From: an uncultured archaeon
GTDB taxonomy: Archaea; Thermoproteota; Nitrososphaeria; Nitrososphaerales; Gagatemarchaeaceae
Assembly: GCA_963817525.1 (NCBI GenBank)
Contig: CAWFOU010000007.1
Coordinates: 352,001 to 416,000 of the forward strand
Length of the DNA: 64,000 nt
Reading direction: 5' to 3'
Positions 49,511 to 58,658 of the stretch are shown in pieces. The translations under genes and the position numbers were made by a program. The notes under the pieces are model-generated. The model saw nothing but the letters and a program-made list of their open reading frames with translations. It was not told where the DNA came from and searched no databases. The stretch's first letter is position 1, and each line of letters starts with the position of its first letter.

Positions 49511-49603
49511 GCCGACGTAGCTCAGCCTGGCAGAGCGAACCACTATCGTGGGCTCAAGTCTCTCGTAAGGACTAGGCCGAGGGCTCAAATCCCTCCGTCG
49601 GCT
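49511..49603 (+). tRNA. tRNA-Thr(CGT) with 19-nt non-canonical intron (49539..49557, position 27/28)
   Basis: GCCGACG/CGTCGGC acceptor; BHB-like GAGC-GAA-CCAC..GTGG-GCTC-AAG; spliced anticodon arm AGTCT-CTCGTAA-GGACT. Confidence 0.88.
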
Positions 49604-49612
49604 CTTCCTATC

Positions 49613-50305
49613 TCAAGCTGGGCTCATGCTGATGTAGGGTGCCATCGAGCGGAGGACCTTCCCCTCCGCCTTCCTCAGGTGCTCTTCGTAGGTGGTCCTC
49701 GGGAGCTTGAGCTTGCTGGCCATCTCCTCGGTCGTGACCTTCTTCGGGACCTGGTAGTAGCCGTTCTCGAGCGCGAAGATCAGGGCCTGGATCTGCTTCC
49801 TCGTGAGGCCGCCGAAGAGGGCGTTCGTGGAGACGAGCATGGTCTCCTTGACGGCGCCCGACCTGATGACACGCCGGGAGATCATCTCGACCTCGCAGTA
49901 CTTCTCGAGCATGGAGAAGACGCTCCTGGCGTCCCTCTCGCTGAAGGAAATCATCCTGTAGTACTCCCAGCCCCCCTTGTAGACGCAGGGCTGGAGCTCG
50001 AGGCAGTGGTTCTTCTCGAAGACAGGGCTCACGGGGGCGGGGATGGTGTAGCAGCCGCAGTTGTGGACGACGACCTGGAGGTCCCGCCCGCTCCTCGACG
50101 TGCGGAGTGGCTTCACCCTCAGCTTCCGCCACATCGACTTTATGTCATCCTGGAGCTGGTCGATCTCCGCGCCCTCCTTGGAGATCTCGATGACGTCTGT
50201 GTCCGCGTTGCACCAGGAGGACATCACAAGCTCAGGGTGCTGCTTGGAGAGGTCGTTCATAGGGCAATCGTGCTGGAGCCTGAAGGAGGTCTCGTAGAGC
50301 GTCAT
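49613..50305 (-). CDS. Bat-like (HTH_10) transcriptional regulator
   Basis: HDCP N-terminus; LTRKQ..ALENGYYQVPK..EHLRKAE. Confidence 0.92.
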   Translation of the reverse strand: MTLYETSFRLQHDCPMNDLSKQHPELVMSSWCNADTDVIEISKEGAEIDQLQDDIKSMWRKLRVKPLRTSRSGRDLQVVVHNCGCYTIPAPVSPVFEKNHCLELQPCVYKGGWEYYRMISFSERDARSVFSMLEKYCEVEMISRRVIRSGAVKETMLVSTNALFGGLTRKQIQALIFALENGYYQVPKKVTTEEMASKLKLPRTTYEEHLRKAEGKVLRSMAPYISMSPA

Positions 50306-50340
50306 CGATTCCGGAAGCGGGGGAGGCCACTATAAGTAAA

Positions 50341-50360
50341 GTGCCGTCGTACGACGGCAC
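50341..50360. promoter_or_regulatory. Perfect 20-bp palindrome, probable operator
   Basis: GTGCCGTCGT|ACGACGGCAC, abutting the TATA-like box of the HTH_10 gene. Confidence 0.65.
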
Positions 50361-50546
50361 TCCGAGCGCCGTCCAAGCATTGCCCGCTATGGTGGCCACA
50401 TTCTGACAATAGACTAGGTCGAGAGGCGAGAAATACCCCCGCGATGCCGCCGGGCAGGGCACAAGAGTTTGGCTTCAGAATCCCGTCGTAGCGTGGTGCC
50501 AAGGCTAAGCCGCAGGCCACGCATGGAAGGCCCTAGGAGAAGCCCG

Positions 50547-50918
50547 ATGAGCAAGGGGAAACTGCGGCTGGTGATCAGGAGCAAGAAGACTGCCAGGATC
50601 ATAGAGTTCGAGGTCCCCCTCATGACGCGGTATGGAAAAGTGGGCGTCTCGAGGAGGCGGGCCATAGTCTACGACTACGTCCTAGACCAGAGGCAGGCGC
50701 GCGCTCTGAAAGAGGCGCGGGAGCTGGCCGAGAGGACCGGGTTCGCCCTCGAGGTCACCGACCTCTCGCGCCAGGGCCTTCTGGGTAGAATCCTAAGGCG
50801 CGACTGGGGCGACACCGAAGGCGGGGAGACGACCCAACCCGGGTCTTCGTCCCGCCCGGAGGATGCGCCTGAGCCTCAGGAAAGGGACGTCGTCATGCCA
50901 CCGGTCTCCCTGCCTTGA
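50547..50918 (+). CDS. Hypothetical protein
   Basis: Host-like codon usage from ATG 50547 (MSKGKLRLVI); divergent from the regulator. Confidence 0.55.
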   Translation: MSKGKLRLVIRSKKTARIIEFEVPLMTRYGKVGVSRRRAIVYDYVLDQRQARALKEARELAERTGFALEVTDLSRQGLLGRILRRDWGDTEGGETTQPGSSSRPEDAPEPQERDVVMPPVSLP

Positions 50919-51351
50919 AGTCCGCCTCGAGGGCCTTTTTGAATATCTTCCATTCCTTGACCCCGCCCGCCTCCCACTCGTCCTTGTCCTCGACGTCGGC
51001 TTTGCTGTCGTAGGTCACTGCGAACTTCATGTCGAGCCTGGTCTTCTTCTTGCCCAGCGCCTTTAGCTTGTACTCGCCGACCTCCCTCCCGTCCCCGCAG
51101 GTGTCGAGCGTCCACGAGCCGGGCGGGTGGAGCCAGACCGCCCTCACGCCCTCTGCGTAGTCCTTGCCGTCCTTGTAGCGGACCCGCCAGATGACGCGCT
51201 CCGGGCTCTTCTCGAGGATCTTCCTCTCGGTCTTTGAGCCGATCAGCTTGTTGTCGTCCTCGCGGAAGTCGGTGCACCACTTGAAGACGTAGTCGAGGGG
51301 GGCGTCGAACGTGGCGGAAAGCTTGTACTTTTGTTTGATCGGTCTGGGCAT
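50893..51351 (-). CDS. Hypothetical protein, possible SRPBCC fold
   Basis: FDAPLDYVFKWCTDF N-terminus. Confidence 0.6.
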   Translation of the reverse strand: MPRPIKQKYKLSATFDAPLDYVFKWCTDFREDDNKLIGSKTERKILEKSPERVIWRVRYKDGKDYAEGVRAVWLHPPGSWTLDTCGDGREVGEYKLKALGKKKTRLDMKFAVTYDSKADVEDKDEWEAGGVKEWKIFKKALEADFKAGRPVA

Positions 51352-51445
51352 GGATAAGTCGGCGAGAGTCCGGACGCTGCAGAGTTAAGCGTTTCCGGGC
51401 CGCGCTGAAAACTTAAGTGAGCATGGACGGGGAGCGGAAGTCCGT

Positions 51446-51557
51446 GCCAAGGTAGCTCAGAAGCTTCTGAAAGCTGGGCAGCCTGGGAGAGCACTCGACA
51501 CGAAAGTGAGTGAGGCTGAAGACCGAGCTGTCGCAGGTCCAAATCCTGCCCTTGGCA
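51446..51557 (+). tRNA. tRNA-Phe(GAA) with two non-canonical introns (51461..51481 at 15/16; 51498..51514 at 30/31)
   Basis: GCCAAGG/CCTTGGC acceptor; both inserts form BHB-like motifs; the spliced product is a clean cloverleaf with CTCGG-CTGAAGA-CCGAG. Confidence 0.9.
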
Positions 51558-51856
51558 CTCTTTTACCATGCCAAGGTTACACGCTATCGCGTCGTTCCCA
51601 TCCGCCAAGGTTCAACAAGTTCAAGGTCTTCATTAAGCCTCTCCTGGCCGGGAACGGTTTCGGAAATTACTGAGGCACAGTGGACTAACAAGAACGCAGA
51701 CCGCAGCTCAGATGGGGTCCGCCTCCACGCACGGTCCGATGGTATAGACCGTCCTAGAGCTTCTTGTCGTTCTTGGCTTCACGTGCCTCTGTAGGGAGGC
51801 CTTACTTTTGCTCGTCTTTTCGCGACACCAAGGCCTAACCCTTGGGTCTCGGCCAG

Positions 51857-52342
51857 TCAGTTCGTCGCGCTGCTGCCTCTCCCCGATTCGTGCTCGTCTT
51901 CTTGCGGCTCCTCCTTTTCCTCCAGAAGGCCCTTTGCCCTCCCGATGAACTTCTCTGCATCCCGCACCACCCTCACCGCCCCCTCCTCCGAAGACGTCAT
52001 GGCATAGTCTGCCTCCTCTCTCAGGCTCATAGCATTGTCAAAGTCGTCGAGCGAGGCCTCATCCAGTTTCCCAGGCTTGGCATAGAGCTCCTTCAGCGCG
52101 GTGAGAAGAGCGGCGTGACTCTTCTCGCGGTACCCTGCGCGATACAGCAGAGCCCTTCCAGCGTGGAACATCGAGTAGTAGGCCTTGACCGTTGCCCACT
52201 TGAAATCGGCCTCTTCTAGAGAAGTCTTGGCCCTCAGGAGGTCGTATTCAGCGCCGTCGAGCTCAGTCTTGATCGCCTCGTCTCCTAGCGCGGCCCTGAG
52301 CAGCCTCCTCTGCTCGAGCAGACGCTTGAGGGTGGTGCTCAC
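51857..52342 (-). CDS. HEPN-domain protein
   Basis: AYYSMFHAGRALL, SH, REEADY; GTGA overlap with the MNT gene. Confidence 0.88.
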   Translation of the reverse strand: MSTTLKRLLEQRRLLRAALGDEAIKTELDGAEYDLLRAKTSLEEADFKWATVKAYYSMFHAGRALLYRAGYREKSHAALLTALKELYAKPGKLDEASLDDFDNAMSLREEADYAMTSSEEGAVRVVRDAEKFIGRAKGLLEEKEEPQEDEHESGRGSSATN

Positions 52343-52887
52343 TCTTCCGGCTCCCACAGCGTTATCCCCTTGTTCACCTGCTCGTAGAAGGCCTGGTCCT
52401 TTTCTTTCAGTCCGCTGAACTCCAGTGGCGTGAGGATGACCGGCGATATCTTCCTTCTCGTCCCGCTTTCTGCCTTTCGGACGGTCTTCTCCGCCGCCGC
52501 CTTGTCACCGGCGACGACGAGGATGTCTATGTCGCTCTCCCTGGAGTCGGTCCCTTCGGCACAGCTGCCGAAGAGTATGACCTTGCTGCTGAGGCCTCTG
52601 AGCCTCCGCCGCAGCCCCTCCACCTCCGAGAGGTTGAAGAAGATCTTCAGGTAGCGGGCCGGAGGACTGCCTAGATTGTAGCTGTAGAGGTCGACATTTC
52701 CCCTGCGCTCCCTTGATAGCAACTCGTCCTTCTCCAAGCGGCGCAGAACCTGGTTTGTCTTGCCGACGCTCACGCCCGCGATCCTCGCCACCTCTCTCTG
52801 GTAGTAGCTTCTCAGGGGCTCCGAAGCGAGCAGTCTAAGGATGGCCATCGAGAACCTGTCGATCTGGGTCAGGTCGTCGCTAAGCAT
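52339..52887 (-). CDS. HTH plus minimal nucleotidyltransferase (MNT) antitoxin
   Basis: YQREVAR..VSVG HTH; LFGSCAEG..SDIDILVV. Confidence 0.9.
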   Translation of the reverse strand: MLSDDLTQIDRFSMAILRLLASEPLRSYYQREVARIAGVSVGKTNQVLRRLEKDELLSRERRGNVDLYSYNLGSPPARYLKIFFNLSEVEGLRRRLRGLSSKVILFGSCAEGTDSRESDIDILVVAGDKAAAEKTVRKAESGTRRKISPVILTPLEFSGLKEKDQAFYEQVNKGITLWEPEE

Positions 52888-52926
52888 TCACCCATGTGAA
52901 CGAATGTTCATGTATATGAATATTCA
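52887..52926. promoter_or_regulatory. Chain of TTCA/TGAA inverted repeats, probable TA autoregulatory operator
   Basis: TTCAC-N4-GTGAA, TGAAC-N4-GTTCA, TTCAT-N4-ATGAA, TGAATATTCA. Confidence 0.55.
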
Positions 52927-53057
52927 AAACGGGTGATGGTTTCCGAGCGTCCACAGGCAGACGTTGCTGTCCTGCTCGATGGCTCTCGGGTCTGCCCACC
53001 ACGTGTTGCTCTCGAACAGCTCCGGGGGTACTCAACGCAATCGGATATGTGATTGAC

Positions 53058-54109
53058 CCGCGGCCGCGAACATGGACCCGAGGTAGAGGAAGGGCTTGAC
53101 GCCGTACTTGGATCAAGGACCCGACGGTCAGGGCCACGGGAAGGACCACCACGGCGAGCGGCAGTAGGTAGAATCCGACCTGGGTGAGGCTCATCCCGAA
53201 CCCGCTGGGGGGAGGGAGCTCGAGCGCGTAGACCAAGGTCTGGAACGCGATCCCGAGGGAGAGCCCGTAGGGGATGATGATGAGGTTCGCCGCCAGCACG
53301 TTCCTCTGCGAGAGGAGCTTCAGGTCCAGGACCGGCTCGGGGATGCGCCTCTCGTAGAACGCTAGGGGTACCAACATCACAGGCCCAAGAACCAGCAGGC
53401 CGAGGATGGTTGGCGAGGTCCAGCCCCAGCTCGTCCCCTCCGAGAGCCCGAGGACTATCGCGATGAGGCAGGCCCCGAGCCACGCCGCGCCGACGATGTC
53501 GAGCCTGATGCCGGGCTTTCGGTTGGGGGACTCGCGGACGATGAAGAAGACCGCCGCGGTCAGCGCCGCGATCACCGGGATGGCGAGGTGGTAGTTGGCC
53601 TGCCAGCCGTAGGCGCTGGTGACAAAGGCCCCTCCGACGAGGCCGACCGCCCCGCCGGCAACCTGCACCGCGCTGATGACGCCCTGGGCTCGGGGGACCA
53701 GCTCGCGGGGGAACTCCTCCCGGGCGAGGCTGAAGCAGAGGGCGAAGACCCCCAGCCCCACGCCCTGAACCAACCTCGACGCGAGGATGAGGTCGAAGCT
53801 CGGGGCGAGCGAGGTGCAAGTGGCCGCTGCGAGGTAGACCAGTAGGATGCACATCATCACCCGCTTCTTCCCATAGATGTCGCCGAGCTTCCCGAAGACA
53901 GGAGTGACCGCGACCCCGGCGGCGGTGTAGAGGGAGATGAGCAGGCTCGCCTGGTCGATGCTCACCCCGTACTCGGCGACTATCTTCGGGAGCGCCGGGG
54001 TCAGCATGATGTCGACGTAGATGATGAACGCCGCGACCGTCGAGAGGAGGATGAGCGCCCTGTTGGCGTAGCCTCTGTCGAAGGTCTGGGCGACCGCGAT
54101 TTCGGTCAT
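53058..54109 (-). pseudogene. 3'-truncated MFS (DHA2-like) transporter
   Basis: GKLGDIYGKKR, RLVQG; transporter-like sequence shifts frame near 53110 and ends near 53060, so the last TM helices are missing. Confidence 0.75.
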
Positions 54110-54190
54110 CGTCGGAGTAGTGGGACGGGTTTGGATTAGGCTGGTGCCTCATATGGCAGGCTTTTTGGCCTACCCCGTCCACGCCCCGCC

Positions 54191-54847
54191 GTGCGCAGGC
54201 TGGTAATCGAGCTCTACGGCAAGGAGCTCCTGAGGAGGATCGAGGGGACGCCCTTCCCGATGCTCGAGTCGGGGGAGCTGGTCCACACGCTGAGGAACGA
54301 CCAGAACGAGCACACTGGAATCTGGAGGATGGTGCCCCGGCTCCCATGGGAGGAGGTCGAGGCGTGCTTCAAGCGCGACCCGTTCACCCGGGAGATCCAG
54401 GTGCTGGAGCGCGAGGGCGGAGGCGCCTTCCTGGTCCTGTTGCGGAGGACGTCGAGGCCGGGGCTACTCTTGGCGCACGGCTCGAGGCCCGGCAGCGGCT
54501 ACCTCGAGGGGCCGCTAGGGTACAAGGACGGGAGGCTCCGGTTCAGCTTCGTCGGAAACCAAAAGCAGGTGAGGGAGATCCTCGAGGGAGCCGAGGCGAG
54601 GGGCTTCACCTACAGGGTGGTCTCGATGACGGACGCCGACTTTGCCGAGGACTCGCTCCTCAACCTTCTCACAGAGAAGCAGCGCAAGATACTGATTACC
54701 GCGTACTCCCTCGGCTACTACAACGTCCCCAAGAGGATTAACTCGGACGAGTTGGGGTCGAGGCTGCACCTGTCGGGCTCGACCGTGGTCGAGCACCTAA
54801 ACAAGGCTGAGCGCAGGCTTTTGGGGGGCATCATAGGCGAGGCCTAG
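54191..54847 (+). CDS. Bat-like (HTH_10) transcriptional regulator
   Basis: LTEKQR..AYSLGYYNVPK..EHLNKAE; divergent from the MFS gene. Confidence 0.9.
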   Translation: MRRLVIELYGKELLRRIEGTPFPMLESGELVHTLRNDQNEHTGIWRMVPRLPWEEVEACFKRDPFTREIQVLEREGGGAFLVLLRRTSRPGLLLAHGSRPGSGYLEGPLGYKDGRLRFSFVGNQKQVREILEGAEARGFTYRVVSMTDADFAEDSLLNLLTEKQRKILITAYSLGYYNVPKRINSDELGSRLHLSGSTVVEHLNKAERRLLGGIIGEA

Positions 54848-54986
54848 CACACGGATGGATTTGACGCGCCCCGAGAAAGGATCCGAGTCTGCCGGGCCTA
54901 ATCCTGCCCTTGGCGCTCCAATTCTCCTCCACCATAGGACTCTATGGGTAAGCGCGGTGGCTAGAAGCCGCACCTGGTTTCTTTTG

Positions 54987-57900
54987 TTACGAGACAGGGG
55001 CGACGCCCTTACGGTCCTTCCTCTTCTGCACGACCACGAAAGCGAGCCCAGCAATCAGGGCGGCCCCAGCGGGGGCTGCCACCTGCGCCGTGATTGGGTT
55101 GTTGCCGTGGACCACAAAGAGCTCGAACGTCCCCGTGCTACTGCTGTGACCGGCGGTCCCTGCATAGACGAGCTGAACCGTCCATATTCCGGCAGAGCCC
55201 GCGGTGAACTGCGCTTGGCACTGAATCTGCCCCTGCCCGTTGGGGTTGTTGCACTGCTCCTGAGTTAGAGACCCCCCGCCCGACACCGACCAGGTCACGG
55301 GGCCCGACGACGCTCTCCCGTCCGCGCTGGATATCGTAGCCTGGCAGTTAACGTTCTGGCCGACCTGGAGGTATGGGTTGCCGCCGCACGTCATCACCGT
55401 GCTCGTAACCGGCGAGCCTGCAAGGCCGCCGACGAAGACCAGGAACGACGCCGAGCTGGGAGAGTGGTAAACGTCTCCAGAGTATGATTCCCCAATCGTC
55501 TGGACGCCGCCACTCGTCGCCTTGTACTGGGCCTGGCACTGGATCTGCCCCTGCCCGTTGGGGTTGTTGCACTGCTCTTGCGAGAACGTGCCTCCGCCGC
55601 TTGTAGTCCACGTCACAGTCCCCGTTTCTAGGCCCTCGTCAGCCGGAGATATCGTCGCCTGGCAGTTGATGCTCTGCCCGACCTGGAGATACGGGCTGCC
55701 GCCGCACGTTAGGGAGTTGCCGGTTGGCACTTTGACCGTCGTCGTCGTGGTCGTGGGTGTGGTGACAGTAGAGGTCTGGGTGGTGGTGGAAGTGGTGGTC
55801 TCGGTCTGAGTCGTGGTGCTGGTGACTGGCGGGATCGTGACCGTCGTCGTCGTGGTCGTCGTCGAAGTCGTTGGTGAGGTGACGGTGGAGGTTTCTGTCT
55901 GAGTTGTGGTGGAAGTACTGGTCTCGGTCGTAGTCGTGGGTGTGGTGACGGTGGACGTAGAGGTCTGAGTGGTCGTCTCGGTCTGAGTCGTGGTGCTGGT
56001 GACTGGCGGGAGAGTAGTGGTAGTGGTCGCGGTAGTGGTAGAGGTGGTCGTCGGTCCTGTGACCGTAGTCGTGGTCGTCTGAGTGGTAGTGCTCGTGACA
56101 GGTGGGGGCGTCGAGGTCGTCGTCGAAACCGAAGTCACGGTCGAGGTGCTTGTGGACACGCTGGTCGTCGTCGAAGTGACCGTCTGCGTCGACGTCGTTG
56201 TCACAGCTGGGGCCGGACCTCCAGCCGCGATTACCGAGACTGTTGTGGCGTCGTCGTTGGCGGCGAAGACTTCGTTCATCGCCGGGTCGTAGCACAGGCC
56301 GTCAGGAGTCTCCCCTACGACCACAGGTTGATAGACGACGGTGTCCGTCGCGTCTGAGATGATCGAGACCGTGTTGTCGCCAGAGTTGCTCACGAAGATC
56401 TCGTTCGCGTTGGGGTCATATACGAGTCCCTGAGGCATGTTCCCGACCGGGATGGTCGTGAACACTTCGCCTGTCGCGGCGTTGAAGACGTCGACTTCGC
56501 CGGCGTTTTCGAGAGCCACGAATATCTGGCCGGTGTTCGGGTCGTAGGCCAGCTGGTGGGGCTCACTTGACACGGACCCAACGGTTATCGTGTTGACCAC
56601 GGTGTCGCTCGAGTCAGATATCACCGAGACCGTTCCCACTCCGTAGTCCGGAGTGAAGAGCTCGTTCAGGGCTGCGACGTAGATGATCGAGTGAGGCTCC
56701 GTTCCGACAGGTATGGATGACCCGACCACGGCGTTGGTAGCCGGGTTGATTATCTGCACGTCGCTGGCGCCGTAGTTTGCCACGAAGATCTGGTTGGTGC
56801 CAGAGTCGTAGGCTAGACCCCTTGGGCCGGTGTCAGTCGGGATGGTAGCGACCACGGTGTTCGTGGCGTCAGAAATCACGGAGACAGTGTTAGAGTCATA
56901 GTTGGCCACGAATATCTCGTTCAGCAAGGGGTCGTAGGCGAAGGCGCGGTCCTCCTCTCCTACGGAGATCGTCGCGACCGAGGCGTCGTTCGCGTCGCAG
57001 AAGACAGAGACAGTGTCAGAACCAAGGTTGGCCGAGAAGATCTCGTTCGTACCCGGGTCATAGATTACAGCGTGGGGGTCGGTCCCCACTGTGACGGTGT
57101 TCACCACGCTCGGAGGACCCGACAATGGCTCGGGCGAAGTCGGGGCGCTGCAAGTTGGGGTCGTGGTCGTTGATGTGGTAGACGTCGTGGTGGTAGTGGT
57201 GGAGGTGGTCGAAGTCGTCGAGGTCGTCGTCGTCGTGGTTCCGCCCGTGCCATCGGAGATGACATAGACCTCGCCTAGTCCAGTGCCGCCACTCTGCGTG
57301 ACGTAGACGTTGCCCACGCCGGGGTCATAAGTTATCGCATCGTCACTTGAGCCGACTGTCAACGTGTCGACCACGGCGTTCGTCGCGGCGTCGATGACTG
57401 AGACGGTGCCCGCGTTGTCGTTGGCGACATAGACATCGCCCGTGCCCGTGTCGTAGACCGCGCCATCGGGCTCGCTGCCGACCGGTATGGGTGAGCCCAC
57501 CACGGTGTTGGTCGCATCAGAGATGACGGTGACGCTGCTCTGGGATGACTCTGAGTTGGAGACGAAGACCTCACCCAGAACGGGGTCGTAGGCTATTCCT
57601 TCGGGGGCATCCGAACTGCCACCAGGCAACGCTATTGTCGCGACCACCGTGTCTGTGGCGTCGGAGATTACAGAGACGGTTCCCGAGCCAGTATTGCTCA
57701 CGAAGATCTCGTCCTTACCGGAATCGAAGACCATGTTACGGGGCTGAGTTCCCACCGTTATCGCTGAGCCGACCAACGAGTTCGTCGCGCCCGAGATGAC
57801 ATAGACCGCGGCGTTCTTGTAAGAGGCAACGAAGACTTGGTTCGTGTTGGAGTCGTAGGTCTCTCCTCGGGGCTCAGGCTCGGTTCCCGGAAGAGTTATG

Positions 57901-58319
57901 CTCGTGACCACGGCGTCGGAGGAGTCAGAGATGACGGAGACCGTGGTGCTGCCGTAGTTGGACACAAACACCTCGTTGTTGACCTGGTCGTAGGCATCTC
58001 CGCGGGGCTCATTGAACGCGGACGAAGTTATGGTATCCACCACAGTGTTGGAGGAGTCAGAGATGACGGAGACCTCAGGAACGCCAGGGGCGCCATCGCC
58101 AGCGTAGTCGGCCGCGAAGATCTGGTTGGTGCCAGAGTCGTATACAAGGGATTGAGGCTGTTCCGCCGTTCCTATCACGATGGGGGTCGGGTCCACCGTC
58201 TGGGCGTGTACGGCAGACCCTTCAGAAATCAGCGGAAGCACAAAAGCTGCGAACAGCGCGAGTGCTAAGATCTTAGATTGAACGCTTCGTTTCTTGATGG
58301 ACTGTCTAGTTAGCTCCAC
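54987..58319 (-). CDS. YVTN/YncE-type double beta-propeller surface protein with Thr-rich stalk, two Ig-like repeats and TM anchor
   Basis: About 14 repeats of YD..NEIFV.N..S.TVSVISD; duplicated CGG.PYLQVGQ..NCQATIS module; C-terminal TM plus basic tail. Confidence 0.9.
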   Translation of the reverse strand: MELTRQSIKKRSVQSKILALALFAAFVLPLISEGSAVHAQTVDPTPIVIGTAEQPQSLVYDSGTNQIFAADYAGDGAPGVPEVSVISDSSNTVVDTITSSAFNEPRGDAYDQVNNEVFVSNYGSTTVSVISDSSDAVVTSITLPGTEPEPRGETYDSNTNQVFVASYKNAAVYVISGATNSLVGSAITVGTQPRNMVFDSGKDEIFVSNTGSGTVSVISDATDTVVATIALPGGSSDAPEGIAYDPVLGEVFVSNSESSQSSVTVISDATNTVVGSPIPVGSEPDGAVYDTGTGDVYVANDNAGTVSVIDAATNAVVDTLTVGSSDDAITYDPGVGNVYVTQSGGTGLGEVYVISDGTGGTTTTTTSTTSTTSTTTTTTSTTSTTTTPTCSAPTSPEPLSGPPSVVNTVTVGTDPHAVIYDPGTNEIFSANLGSDTVSVFCDANDASVATISVGEEDRAFAYDPLLNEIFVANYDSNTVSVISDATNTVVATIPTDTGPRGLAYDSGTNQIFVANYGASDVQIINPATNAVVGSSIPVGTEPHSIIYVAALNELFTPDYGVGTVSVISDSSDTVVNTITVGSVSSEPHQLAYDPNTGQIFVALENAGEVDVFNAATGEVFTTIPVGNMPQGLVYDPNANEIFVSNSGDNTVSIISDATDTVVYQPVVVGETPDGLCYDPAMNEVFAANDDATTVSVIAAGGPAPAVTTTSTQTVTSTTTSVSTSTSTVTSVSTTTSTPPPVTSTTTQTTTTTVTGPTTTSTTTATTTTTLPPVTSTTTQTETTTQTSTSTVTTPTTTTETSTSTTTQTETSTVTSPTTSTTTTTTTVTIPPVTSTTTQTETTTSTTTQTSTVTTPTTTTTTVKVPTGNSLTCGGSPYLQVGQSINCQATISPADEGLETGTVTWTTSGGGTFSQEQCNNPNGQGQIQCQAQYKATSGGVQTIGESYSGDVYHSPSSASFLVFVGGLAGSPVTSTVMTCGGNPYLQVGQNVNCQATISSADGRASSGPVTWSVSGGGSLTQEQCNNPNGQGQIQCQAQFTAGSAGIWTVQLVYAGTAGHSSSTGTFELFVVHGNNPITAQVAAPAGAALIAGLAFVVVQKRKDRKGVAPVS

Positions 58320-58410
58320 GGCACGGCTTGGGGGCCGAAAATTATTTCTTGCTTCTCGAAGGTATCCTGGGTCGCATCGGAAGGCCGACGTCGGCTATAG
58401 GTTCGCTAGA

Positions 58411-58569
58411 GAAACTCATGAGGGCTTACGCGCTCGGCTAGTTCGACGTCCCCAAGAAGGTCAAGTCGGACGAGTAGGGGCGGGGCTCACCTGGCTGGGT
58501 CGACCGTGGTCGAGCACCTCAACAAGCCGAGCCGTGGCTGTTGGAAGGGTTCATCGGCGAGGCCTAGCA
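58411..58569 (+). pseudogene. Decayed copy of the 3' end of the HTH_10 gene (54689..54849)
   Basis: Shared CTCGGCTA, TCGGACGAGT, TCGACCGTGGTCGAGCACCT, GGCGAGGCCTAGCA in the same order, with stops and indels. Confidence 0.8.
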
Positions 58570-58658
58570 AGGCATAGGTGCCAGGAAAGCGCCGTGAAAT
58601 GCACCAGCCGACGCGAGTGTTTTCACCGGGGCTCCCTGCGTGGTGAGTTTTGACAAAA

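Noticed and set aside
51550-51612. GCCAAGG copies downstream of tRNA-Phe that could pair with the acceptor 3' strand
   Set aside because: Only 7-9 bp, which cannot be distinguished from chance or called an att site
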